Part shown: positions 8,148 through 17,836 of the stretch, piece after piece | Numbering within the stretch: position 1 is the first letter of the stretch | How the letters are laid out: every line of letters starts with the position of its first letter | Assembly (NCBI GenBank): GCA_964432825.1 | Contig: CAYSOX010000001.1 | Coordinates: forward strand, 781 to 64,780 | Reading direction: 5' to 3' | Source: an uncultured Lachnospiraceae bacterium | Lineage (GTDB): Bacteria; Bacillota; Clostridia; Christensenellales; UBA1242 | DNA: 64,000 nucleotides | The notes under the pieces: generated by a model | Told to the model about the DNA's origin: nothing | What the model saw: only the letters and a program-made list of their open reading frames with translations | Database searches by the model: none | Program-made: the position numbers and the translations under genes

Positions 8148-9986
8148 ATGTTTACAAGTAAAGAATTAAGAAAAACATGGTTAGAATTTTACGAAAGTAA
8201 AGGACATAAAAATATAGGGGCGGTTTCACTTATTGGTGACGGCTCAACAGGGGTTATGTTTAATGTTGCAGGTATGCAACCATTAATGCCTTACCTACTA
8301 GGTAAAAAACACCCAGATGGCACAAGGCTTTGCAATGTTCAAGGTTGTGTTAGAACGGTGGATATTGATGAAGTTGGTGATGAAAGCCATTGTACATTCT
8401 TTGAAATGATGGGCAATTGGAGTTTGGGAGATTATTTCAAAAAAGAAAAGACGGCGTGGAGTTTTGAACTTTTAACCGAAAAGTTTGGGCTTGATGCTTC
8501 CAAAATTTGTTCGTCGGTTTTTGCGGGTAATGAGTATGCACCAAAAGACGATGAAACGGCAAACCTTTTGCAAAATCTTGGAATTAAGAAGGAAAATATT
8601 TTCTATTTAGGTAAAAAAGAAAATGGCAAAGAAAACAACTTTTGGGAATTAGAGGGAACGATTGGAACACCTTGCGGGCCGGATAATGAATGGTTTTATC
8701 CGCTTCACGACGAAAAATGTTCAGAAAATTGTGACATTAATTGCAAGTGTGGAAGATATGTTGAAATTGGTAATGATGTTTATATGCAATACCAAAAGAC
8801 CGAAAATGGATATGTTCCGCTTGAAAACAAAAATGTAGATACAGGCTTTGGGTTTGAAAGATGCTTGATGTTTTTAAATGGTTTAACCGATGTGTATAAA
8901 ACCGATTTGTTTGTACCAGTAATTTCACTTTTAGAAGAAAAAAGCGGAGTAAAATATGGTGAAGACGACAAGTTAACCCGTGCTATGCGAATAATTGCCG
9001 ACCATATGAGAACTACAGTAATGCTTATTGGCGACGAGAATGGTATTTTGCCATCAAATGTAGGGGCAGGATATATTTTGCGTAGAATTATGAGAAGAGC
9101 AATAAGATATGTTCGTCAATTAAACCTAGAAAGTTCGGTTTTGGTGGATATTGCAAAGATTTACATTAACGATATTTATAATGAAGCCTATCCATTACTT
9201 ATTCAAAAGCAAGCCTACATTTTGGAGGAAATTGAAAAGGAAACGGCTAGATTTGAAAAGATGTTGGTGCAAGGCAATAAAGAGTTTGAAAAGGTTATTT
9301 CAGGTATTGTTCGTAAACGCGAATTTATGCAAAAGCAAGACCCAACCGCAGTGGTTGAAAATGTGATAAATGGAAAGTCGGCTTTTAGATTGTATGACAC
9401 CTTTGGTTTTCCTTTGGAACTTACCGAAGAGATGGCGAGTGAACTAGGTTTTTCGGTGGACAAAGAAGGCTTTGAAGAAGCATTTAAAGAACATCAAGAA
9501 AAGAGTAGAACGGTTGAAAAGGGAGAGTTTAAAGGCGGATTGTCTGAGGGTGGAGAAATTGAAACAAGATATCACACCGCTTGTCACCTATTGCTTGCAG
9601 GTCTTCGTAAAAAGTTTGGTACGGGGGTTGAGCAAAAGGGCAGTAATATAACAAGCGAAAGACTTCGTTTTGACTTTAATTTTGAAAGACCACTAACAAA
9701 AGAAGAACAAGTGGAAATAGAAAATTTTGTAAATGATGCAATCCAAAAAGATATTGCGGTTGAAAGATTGGAAATGACCTTTAAAGAGGCAAAAGAGCAA
9801 GGCGCGTATGGAGTGCTAAAAGCAAATGATGAGGATGTCGTTTCTATTTATAAAATAGGCGATGTAGATTTCCAAATTTGCGGTGGGCCACATGTAAAAT
9901 CGACAAAAGAGGTTGGCAAGTTTAAGATTGTAAAAGAACAGAGCAGTAGTGCTGGAGTTAGAAGAATTAGAGCCGAAATTGAATAG
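8148..9986 (+). CDS. alaS: alanine--tRNA ligase, short form (612 aa)
   Basis: N-terminus ELRKTWLEFYESKGH, then DTGFGFERCLMFLNG and RIIADHMRT. Editing-domain HTACHLL and CGGPH. Ends at ..GVRRIRAEIE, with no C-Ala domain. Confidence 0.9.
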   Translation: MFTSKELRKTWLEFYESKGHKNIGAVSLIGDGSTGVMFNVAGMQPLMPYLLGKKHPDGTRLCNVQGCVRTVDIDEVGDESHCTFFEMMGNWSLGDYFKKEKTAWSFELLTEKFGLDASKICSSVFAGNEYAPKDDETANLLQNLGIKKENIFYLGKKENGKENNFWELEGTIGTPCGPDNEWFYPLHDEKCSENCDINCKCGRYVEIGNDVYMQYQKTENGYVPLENKNVDTGFGFERCLMFLNGLTDVYKTDLFVPVISLLEEKSGVKYGEDDKLTRAMRIIADHMRTTVMLIGDENGILPSNVGAGYILRRIMRRAIRYVRQLNLESSVLVDIAKIYINDIYNEAYPLLIQKQAYILEEIEKETARFEKMLVQGNKEFEKVISGIVRKREFMQKQDPTAVVENVINGKSAFRLYDTFGFPLELTEEMASELGFSVDKEGFEEAFKEHQEKSRTVEKGEFKGGLSEGGEIETRYHTACHLLLAGLRKKFGTGVEQKGSNITSERLRFDFNFERPLTKEEQVEIENFVNDAIQKDIAVERLEMTFKEAKEQGAYGVLKANDEDVVSIYKIGDVDFQICGGPHVKSTKEVGKFKIVKEQSSSAGVRRIRAEIE

Positions 9987-10008
9987 AATTTGAGGAGGCT
10001 AAAAATAA

Positions 10009-11649
10009 TTGAAAAAGTTAAAATTAAACATAATATTGATTTTTTCAACAATTTTGTTTTTCATTGCAGGAATGGCTGTGGTTATGATTGTTGCACCGGG
10101 GGCGGATATATTTGGCTTAAAATATATCCGTTCAACCAGTGGTAGCATTGATTCGGAACAAAATTTTCATATACAAAATGTAACCGATGCACAAGTTGTT
10201 GTAAATTGCGATAATATTTTAGTTAAGGTAAATTTCGTCCAAAGTTATAATTTCTCGGTAAGACTAATAGATGTCTATAACGGATATTGCAAAAGCGATG
10301 ATGAGCCAGTGGTTGCTATGGAAATTAAGGACGGTATTTATACTTTTTCCGTTAATGAATATAAACCTTTTATTTATCATAATAGGTCAGAAGAATCGGC
10401 ATTATATGTAAATATCCCAATATACTTTGTAGGCAGTGTCAATGTTGTTAGCAATAAGTCAAAAATTGTGGTGACGGGGCTAAAAGGAAACATTTATGGA
10501 TTAACCCTTCAAACAAATGGCACCATTATGGTTGAGGATAATTTTTCTACCACAAATTTAAATTTGGTGGTTGGAAGCGGTAAAGTTAATATTTCTGGAA
10601 ATGCCAAAATTAAAGGGGATTTGAATATTGAAAGTAAAAATTCCAACATAACTTGCAGTCCGGCAATCGGTGGAGATATTATCCTTACAGGAAAGGGTGG
10701 AAGATTAAAATTTAACACCTGTAAAAACTTGAGTGTAAAAGCCCAAAACACCGAAATTTTAACTTCGGGCGAAAATATTGCACTATGCCAAAATGCAAAC
10801 ATTGAAACAAACGACGATGTAGTTTTGGCGGTAAAGGGCAATGCAAACATTAAAACAAAACGCGGACGCGTGACACTTGGGGTTGCGGGAGAATCCTATT
10901 CGGGAGAGGTTCAAATTGAAACGGAAAGCGGTAATGTTAAAATGCTTGGAAATTATCTTGGCAAAACTACCATATCAACAAAAAGCGGAGATATTGATGC
11001 TGAATGGCTTAGAGATGCAAATATCACTACAACTTATGGAAAAATAGATGCTGTTCGAGTGGATTCTGGAAAGATAACGGCGGGCGGAAGCGGAATAAAC
11101 ATATTGTACAGCGAAAATAAATTAAATTTGAAGACCCGTGGAGGAGATATTGTTTTAGGTTGCAAGGATAAGTATTTTTATGCAAATGTAAAAGCAGAAA
11201 CAACGGCGGGAAAAATTGAAGTATACAACGCAAAAGGTGAAGAGATAAATTTAAAAACGGTTTCGGGTGATATCAATTATTCGGGCAGTAAAGATAATAT
11301 AACACGGCTTACAATTTCTTCAAGTAAAGGCTTTGTAAAAGCCACAAATTTGACGGGTGATACATCAATAAAAACGACAGGAAGCGTAGATTGTTCCATC
11401 GTTTCAAATCGTGCCGAAACCTCAATTGTTGGTAAAAATCGAGAAATAAAAGTCCAACTTTCATCGACTTATGTATATGACTTGCAATCGTCTAAAAAAG
11501 AAAACATATATTTAAACGACACACAGGTCGGCAATACCACCGAAGATGGCGGAAGTGAATACATTGTGCGTGAAGGTTATAAAGGCGAAGACAAATTGAC
11601 TATAAAAACCCAAAAGGGAAAAATCAACATAAAAGACAATAAAAATTAA
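10009..11649 (+). CDS. membrane-anchored beta-strand-repeat protein, DUF4097-like (putative adhesin fold)
   Basis: TTG start 10 nt after gaggagg. N-terminal TM. Many degenerate ~20-aa repeats of the type T.SG.I.. as in DUF4097 proteins. Confidence 0.55.
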   Translation: MKKLKLNIILIFSTILFFIAGMAVVMIVAPGADIFGLKYIRSTSGSIDSEQNFHIQNVTDAQVVVNCDNILVKVNFVQSYNFSVRLIDVYNGYCKSDDEPVVAMEIKDGIYTFSVNEYKPFIYHNRSEESALYVNIPIYFVGSVNVVSNKSKIVVTGLKGNIYGLTLQTNGTIMVEDNFSTTNLNLVVGSGKVNISGNAKIKGDLNIESKNSNITCSPAIGGDIILTGKGGRLKFNTCKNLSVKAQNTEILTSGENIALCQNANIETNDDVVLAVKGNANIKTKRGRVTLGVAGESYSGEVQIETESGNVKMLGNYLGKTTISTKSGDIDAEWLRDANITTTYGKIDAVRVDSGKITAGGSGINILYSENKLNLKTRGGDIVLGCKDKYFYANVKAETTAGKIEVYNAKGEEINLKTVSGDINYSGSKDNITRLTISSSKGFVKATNLTGDTSIKTTGSVDCSIVSNRAETSIVGKNREIKVQLSSTYVYDLQSSKKENIYLNDTQVGNTTEDGGSEYIVREGYKGEDKLTIKTQKGKINIKDNKN

Positions 11650-11663
11650 ATACAAAAGCCGAT

Positions 11664-11698
11664 AAGGTTGCACTCATATTGGGTGTAACCTTTTTTAT
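11664..11698 (+). terminator. intrinsic terminator after the DUF4097-like gene
   Basis: aaggttgcac..gtgtaacctt stem followed by tttttt. Confidence 0.7.
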
Positions 11699-11820
11699 CA
11701 AATGTAAAAATAAAAAGGTTTTACAATAAATATTAGGGTTTTAAAAAGGTTAAAACGGGTGGTCAATTATTACATTTTGTGTGAAAATTTAAGAAAAAAA
11801 TCCATAATAAATATATTTAT

Positions 11821-11849
11821 TTGACATCAAGTTTTTAAATTGATAAAAT
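11821..11849 (+). promoter_or_regulatory. sigma-70-type promoter of the glycogen operon
   Basis: TTGACA, 17-nt spacer, TAAAAT, about 55 nt upstream of glgB. Confidence 0.5.
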
Positions 11850-11904
11850 AAAAGACATATAAGGGGGAATATGTGAAAAAATATAAGCAAAGGGAATCGG
11901 AATA

Positions 11905-13788
11905 ATGGATAAAAATAGTGCACTATATCTATTTCATCAAGGAACTTATTACAATTCTTATGAGTTTTTTGGTTGTCATGTAGAGGGTAAAAACGGAAAA
12001 CAAAAGACAACTTTTAGGGTTTGGGCTCCAAATGCAAAAAGTGTAAGTGTTGTGGGTGATTTTAATGGTTGGGATAAAAGTTTAGGAAAATGTACAAAAA
12101 TTGCAAATAGCGGTGGAGTTTTTGAACTTTCAATCACCAATGCACAAATTTATGATAACTACAAATACCTAATAACAACCAAAGATAATAGAGAACTGTA
12201 TAAAGCCGACCCCTATGCTTTTCATAGTGAAACCAATGGAGCAACGGCAAGTAAAGTTTATGATTTGTCGGGTTACAACTGGGGCGATAATGCATTTTTA
12301 AAAGCAAAAGAGAAGCGAAATCATTACGAACAACCTATGAATATTTATGAGGTAAATTTATGTTCGTGGAAGCGATACCCCGATGGCAATTATTATAGTT
12401 ATAAAAAACTTGCCGACGAACTTATACCATATGTTGTCGAAATGGGATATACGCATATTGAGTTGATGCCCATAACAGAATATCCTTATGATGGGTCATG
12501 GGGGTATCAACCAACCGGTTATTTTAGTGTCACCAGTAGGTTTGGAACCCCACACGACTTTATGTATTTTATAGATAAGTGTCACCAGTCAAATATACAA
12601 GTTATATTAGATTGGGTACCAGCACATTTTCCAAAGGATGAGCACGGACTTGTTGAGTTTGATGGTAGTTACCTTTATGAATATAATTCGTGGGATAGAA
12701 TGGAGCATAAGTCGTGGGGAACTAGAAGGTTTGATTATGGCAAAAATGAAGTTCAAAGTTTTTTAATATCTTCAGCAATGTTTTTCTTAAATCTTTACCA
12801 TATTGATGGAATTAGAGTCGATGCGGTGGCATCAATGTTATATTTAGACTATGACAAAAAACGGGGCGAATGGGTTCCTAACAAAAATGGAGATAATAAG
12901 CACCTTGAAGCAATTGCTTTTTTGCAGAAGTTAAATAGTGCGGTGTTTAAAGAACATCCAACGGCATTGATGATAGCCGAAGAATCTACCGCGTGGCCGA
13001 TGGTAACCAAGCCACCATATGATGGAGGTTTAGGCTTTAATTACAAATGGAATATTGGCTGGATGAATGATACATTAGAGTATGTTCAATTAAATCCTTT
13101 TTTCCGTAAGGATAATCACAACAAGATAACATTTTCATTTATGTATGCATTTTCTGAAAACTTTATTTTGCCAATTTCACATGATGAAGTAGTTTATGGT
13201 AAAAAATCACTAATAAATAAAATGAATGGCGATTACGACCAAAAGTTTGATGCATTGCGAGCATTTTATGGATATTTGATGGCACACCCCGGCAAAAAAC
13301 TTACCTTTATGGGCACCGAAATTGGACAGTTTGATGAATGGGAAAACACGCGTCAAATTGAATACGACCTATTAAGGTTTGAAAAACATCAAAAATTACA
13401 AAATTATGTAAAAGCATTAAATTGGTTTTATTTGACACATAGTGAGTTGTTTGAAATTGACGCATCTTGGGATGGTTTTGAGTGGATAATATCCAACGAT
13501 ACGCGTAACAATGTAGTGGTTTTTAGTAGAAGCAATAAAGCAGGTGAAAAACTGATTTGTGTATGCAATTTTTCACCGGTGAAACTGGAACACTACCGAG
13601 CATATGTAGAGAAGGGGAGTTACAAAGAATTGTTTAATAGTGACAATGTTGAATTTGGCGGTGGGGGTATCACCAATGGACAAATAAAAACCAAGGTGGA
13701 TGAAAATAATAAGACTAGTCATTATTTAGAGTTGGTAATACCAGCAAATTCGTGTATGTACTTAAAAAAAAGCACAAAGAAAAAATAA
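11905..13788 (+). CDS. glgB: 1,4-alpha-glucan branching enzyme
   Basis: FRVWAPNA (CBM48), then GH13 regions VILDWVPAHFPKD, GIRVDAVASMLY, MIAEESTAWP and LPISHDEVV. Confidence 0.95.
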   Translation: MDKNSALYLFHQGTYYNSYEFFGCHVEGKNGKQKTTFRVWAPNAKSVSVVGDFNGWDKSLGKCTKIANSGGVFELSITNAQIYDNYKYLITTKDNRELYKADPYAFHSETNGATASKVYDLSGYNWGDNAFLKAKEKRNHYEQPMNIYEVNLCSWKRYPDGNYYSYKKLADELIPYVVEMGYTHIELMPITEYPYDGSWGYQPTGYFSVTSRFGTPHDFMYFIDKCHQSNIQVILDWVPAHFPKDEHGLVEFDGSYLYEYNSWDRMEHKSWGTRRFDYGKNEVQSFLISSAMFFLNLYHIDGIRVDAVASMLYLDYDKKRGEWVPNKNGDNKHLEAIAFLQKLNSAVFKEHPTALMIAEESTAWPMVTKPPYDGGLGFNYKWNIGWMNDTLEYVQLNPFFRKDNHNKITFSFMYAFSENFILPISHDEVVYGKKSLINKMNGDYDQKFDALRAFYGYLMAHPGKKLTFMGTEIGQFDEWENTRQIEYDLLRFEKHQKLQNYVKALNWFYLTHSELFEIDASWDGFEWIISNDTRNNVVVFSRSNKAGEKLICVCNFSPVKLEHYRAYVEKGSYKELFNSDNVEFGGGGITNGQIKTKVDENNKTSHYLELVIPANSCMYLKKSTKKK

Positions 13789-13804
13789 AAAGATGAGGTG
13801 TATA

Positions 13805-15394
13805 ATGAGCACAAAAGAAGCAAGGTCGGTAAAAATTACAATAGTAAAAAAGGCGTTACCACAAGAAAAGTCGTCTACACAGAATAAGCAAAGTGCAAAA
13901 CTTCAAGAGACGCAAAATAATGTAAACAAAAACATCGTAGCCCAAAAAAATAAATCAGTTGGGCTAAGCAAAAAGGTGCTGTTTGTTGCGAGTGAGTCTC
14001 AGCCATTTTGTGGAACGGGAGGTCTTGCCGATATAGTTTGTGGCTTACCTAGATTTATAAAGGAAGAAGAGCCAAATGTTGATATGCGAGTGGTTATTCC
14101 ATTGTATAGTTTTATAAAACCCGAATATAAAGACAAGTTTGAATATATTGGGAATACTTATGTAAGGCTATCTTGGCGTAATGAATATTGCGGAGTGTTT
14201 AAATATCAACAAGGTGGAATAACCTATTACTTTTTAGATAATGAAAAGTATTTCAAAAGAGACCGTGCATATGGGTATGATGATGATGCCGAAAGGTTTG
14301 CATTTTTCTCAAAAGCCGTTTTGGATTGTTTGCCAGTTTTTAACTTTTATCCAGATATTATCCATGCAAATGATTGGCAGACGGCACTTGTTCCAACCTA
14401 TTTAAAAACTCAATTTTGGCCAGATGAAAGATATGGAAAAATTAAAACCGTTTTGAATATGCATAATCTTCAATATCAAGGTCGCTTTGGAATGTCAATT
14501 TTAACGGATACATTAGGCATAGATGCAAAATATAGAGGTATTTTGGAGCACTTAAAAGATGTAAACTTTTTAAAGTCGGGGATTGTTACGGCGGATAAAA
14601 TTGTTGCCGTAAGCCCAAGTTATTCAGAGGAAGTTAAATACTCAAACAGTGGATGTGGGCTTAGTGATATCATTAAGCAAAATGCATATAAGTTAACAGG
14701 TATTTTAAATGGTTTGGATTATGATTTTTATAACCCTGAAACCGACAAGGTTATTTGGAATAACTACAATGCTGAAAATTTCGAAGTTAGAGCAAAAAAT
14801 AAAGAGCGGTTACAAAAGGAGTTTGGGTTAAATGTTGACCCTAATGTTCCGATGATTGCTATTGTTACAAGGATGGCAAAACACAAAGGTTTAGACCTTG
14901 TAAAACAATGTATGGAAAAGTTGATAATTGAAGACAATGTGCAATTTGTAGGTGTTGGAGAGGGTGAGCAAGAATATCACGACTATTTTAATTATTTAAA
15001 CGCAAAGTTCCCAAAACAATGCCATGTAAGTTTGGGGTTTAGCCTAGAACTTGGAAAGATTTTATATTCAGCAACGGATATATTTATAATGCCTAGTTTG
15101 GTGGAACCATGCGGATTATCTCAAATGGTTGCAAGCCGATATGGTGCCGTACCAATTGTCAGAGAGACGGGCGGATTAAAAGATAGTATAAAAGATTTTG
15201 GTTGTGAAAATGGTGGCAATGGATACACCTTTGCAAATTATAGAGTGGACGACCTAGTTTATTCCATAAAAAGAGCAATTAATGATTTTAAAGACAAAGA
15301 AAATTGGAAGAAAAAGATATATACTTGTATGACAACCGATTTTAGTTGGAATAAATCGGCTATAAACTATATTAATATTTATAAAAACTTATAG
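13805..15394 (+). CDS. glgA: glycogen synthase with ~55-aa K/Q/N-rich N-terminal extension
   Basis: KVLFVASESQPFCGTGGLADIV, HANDWQTALVP and MPSLVEPCGLSQM. The ORF opens at 13793, but the ATG at 13805 follows gaggtg. Confidence 0.9.
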   Translation: MSTKEARSVKITIVKKALPQEKSSTQNKQSAKLQETQNNVNKNIVAQKNKSVGLSKKVLFVASESQPFCGTGGLADIVCGLPRFIKEEEPNVDMRVVIPLYSFIKPEYKDKFEYIGNTYVRLSWRNEYCGVFKYQQGGITYYFLDNEKYFKRDRAYGYDDDAERFAFFSKAVLDCLPVFNFYPDIIHANDWQTALVPTYLKTQFWPDERYGKIKTVLNMHNLQYQGRFGMSILTDTLGIDAKYRGILEHLKDVNFLKSGIVTADKIVAVSPSYSEEVKYSNSGCGLSDIIKQNAYKLTGILNGLDYDFYNPETDKVIWNNYNAENFEVRAKNKERLQKEFGLNVDPNVPMIAIVTRMAKHKGLDLVKQCMEKLIIEDNVQFVGVGEGEQEYHDYFNYLNAKFPKQCHVSLGFSLELGKILYSATDIFIMPSLVEPCGLSQMVASRYGAVPIVRETGGLKDSIKDFGCENGGNGYTFANYRVDDLVYSIKRAINDFKDKENWKKKIYTCMTTDFSWNKSAINYINIYKNL

Positions 15395-15402
15395 GAGTGA
15401 AT

Positions 15403-17832
15403 ATGAAAAAGGTTTCTGAAAGCCTAGTTAAAGAATGTAAGGGAGAGTTAGAAAAATACCTCCTTGGAAGGTACAATGTTAAATTGCAAAATGCAAGTAA
15501 TGAGCAGATTTTTAGAAGTCTTGCAGGCATTGTAAATGAGAAGTTATATGATATACGAGAAGTTAATAATTCAAGCGCGCAAAATAGAAATGCAAAAACC
15601 TTGCATTATGTTTCTATTGAATTTTTGATTGGAAAGTCACTTAAGTCGCATTTGTTTAACTTGGGACTTTCAGACGCTTATAAAGAGGTTTTAAAAGGCG
15701 TAAATAAGTCAATAGAAGATATTTTTGAATTGGAAGATGAATCGTGCTTAGGTAACGGCGGTTTAGGTCGTCTAGCGGCATGCTTTATGGATTCATTAAC
15801 CGCTGAAAAATATCCAGCATTTGGGCATTGCATAAATTATACTTATGGTCTGTTTAAGCAAAAAATTATCAACGGAAACCAGTTTGAGTTGCCCGATGAT
15901 TGGTCACTAAACAGCGAGGTTTGGCTTAATCCTAGAGGGGATGAAAGTGTTATTGTTCACTTTGGTGGGAAAGTTGTCCAAAGTTTAGGAAAAGACGGTA
16001 AATATGATTTTAACTATATTGATACTCAAGATGTAGAGGCTTATCCATATGATATGTTGGTAAGTGGGTTTAACGGCAAAAAAGTTAATATATTAAAACT
16101 TTGGTCGGCAAAAAGCCCAGATAGTTTTGACACAAAAAAGTTTAGTCAAGGTGAATATGCTTTGGCAATGGCAAATAAAGATGATATCGAAGCAATAAGC
16201 AAGGTGTTGTATCCATCAGATAACCACGAAAAAGGGAAGAGTTTAAGGTTAAAGCAAGAATATTTCCTTGCATCGGCGGTTGCACAATTTATCGTCAATA
16301 GTTATGCAAAAACGGGAAAAGATATTCACGATTTGCCAAACACTTCCTTGGTTCATATAAATGATACTCATCCAGTGTTAATTATTCCAGAACTTATGCG
16401 TATACTTATGGATGAAAAGCGTTTAGGATGGGAAGAAAGTTTTGCAATTGTTTCAAAAATGGTAAGTTTTACAAACCATACGCTTTTAGCCGAAAGCCTT
16501 GCAAAAAAGGAATTAAATTTACTTGATAGATATGTTCCGCGTATTGCAATGATAATTAGAGAATTAAACCGTAGACTATGTGTAGATTTGGTTGAAAGAG
16601 GTTTAGACAATTCCACAATTTATGATATGTCAATCATCCAAAACGGAATTGTAAATATGACAAACTTAGCAGTTTCCACAAGTTACAAAATTAATGGGGT
16701 TAGTGAGGTTCATAGCGGTTTATTAAAAACCAACCTTTTATCGGGATATGCAAAGAGTTTCCCAGAAAAGTTTATAAATGTTACTAATGGCGTCACTCAC
16801 CGCAGATGGCTTTCTATGTCTAACCCAGATTTGGACGAATTGATTGTTTCACTTGTTGGTGAAGAATACTACACAAAGCCTGAAAAATTAAAGGAACTAG
16901 ATAATTTCGTTGGAAATACAAAAGTTGTTGACGAATTACAAAAAATTAAGATGCTTAATAAAGTTGAATTTGCAAGATATATGTTAAAAACTCAGGGTGT
17001 AATAATCAATCCAAATACAAGATTCGATGTTCAAGTTAAGCGAATTCACGAATATAAACGACAATTATTAAATGTTTTAAAAATTATTTATCTTTATAGC
17101 GAATTGAAGGACAATCCATCACTTTCGGTAACTCCTCAAACTTTTATTTTTGCAGGTAAAGCAGCCAGTGGCTATATGATGGCAAAAAGAATAATCAAGT
17201 TGATTTCGTGCTTGGGTGCTGAAATAGACAAAAATAAACAGATTTCTAAAAAATTGAAAGTCGTTTTTGTCGAAAATTACACCGTAAGTTTGGCAGAAAT
17301 ATTGATGCCCGCAACCGATGTGACCGAACAAATTTCCCTTGCTGGGCGTGAGGCTTCGGGAACGGGAAATATGAAGGCGGTTATGAATGGAGCAATAATG
17401 CTTCATACAAAAGACGGTGCTAATATTGAAATTGCCGAAAAGTGTGGAGAGAAAAATTCCTTTGCATTTGGTTTAACGGCAGAAGAAGTTGAAAATGTGT
17501 GGTCAAAAGGCTATGATGCACTAAGTTATTACAATAATAGTCCAAAAATTCAAAAGGTCATTTCATTATTAAAGCAAGGATTTAATGGTGAAAGTTTTGA
17601 TGATATTGCCCAATATTTGCTCGGCAAATCTTCAAATAGAGATATTTATATGTGTCTTGCCGATTTTGATAGTTATTTAAATGCACATATACAAATGGAT
17701 AAAATTTATAAAAATAAGAAAAATTGGTTTTCTAAAACATTACATAACATTGCTTGTATGGGCTATTTTTCATCCGATAGAAGCATTGAAGATTATGTAA
17801 GTAAAGTATGGAAATTAAAAAGGATAAATTAA
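15403..17832 (+). CDS. glgP: glycogen/maltodextrin phosphorylase
   Basis: GNGGLGRLAACF and PLP-lysine motif EASGTGNMKAVMNGA. The ATG at 15403 lies 6 nt after aggag; the ORF opens at 15397. Confidence 0.95.
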   Translation: MKKVSESLVKECKGELEKYLLGRYNVKLQNASNEQIFRSLAGIVNEKLYDIREVNNSSAQNRNAKTLHYVSIEFLIGKSLKSHLFNLGLSDAYKEVLKGVNKSIEDIFELEDESCLGNGGLGRLAACFMDSLTAEKYPAFGHCINYTYGLFKQKIINGNQFELPDDWSLNSEVWLNPRGDESVIVHFGGKVVQSLGKDGKYDFNYIDTQDVEAYPYDMLVSGFNGKKVNILKLWSAKSPDSFDTKKFSQGEYALAMANKDDIEAISKVLYPSDNHEKGKSLRLKQEYFLASAVAQFIVNSYAKTGKDIHDLPNTSLVHINDTHPVLIIPELMRILMDEKRLGWEESFAIVSKMVSFTNHTLLAESLAKKELNLLDRYVPRIAMIIRELNRRLCVDLVERGLDNSTIYDMSIIQNGIVNMTNLAVSTSYKINGVSEVHSGLLKTNLLSGYAKSFPEKFINVTNGVTHRRWLSMSNPDLDELIVSLVGEEYYTKPEKLKELDNFVGNTKVVDELQKIKMLNKVEFARYMLKTQGVIINPNTRFDVQVKRIHEYKRQLLNVLKIIYLYSELKDNPSLSVTPQTFIFAGKAASGYMMAKRIIKLISCLGAEIDKNKQISKKLKVVFVENYTVSLAEILMPATDVTEQISLAGREASGTGNMKAVMNGAIMLHTKDGANIEIAEKCGEKNSFAFGLTAEEVENVWSKGYDALSYYNNSPKIQKVISLLKQGFNGESFDDIAQYLLGKSSNRDIYMCLADFDSYLNAHIQMDKIYKNKKNWFSKTLHNIACMGYFSSDRSIEDYVSKVWKLKRIN

Positions 17833-17836
17833 TTAG

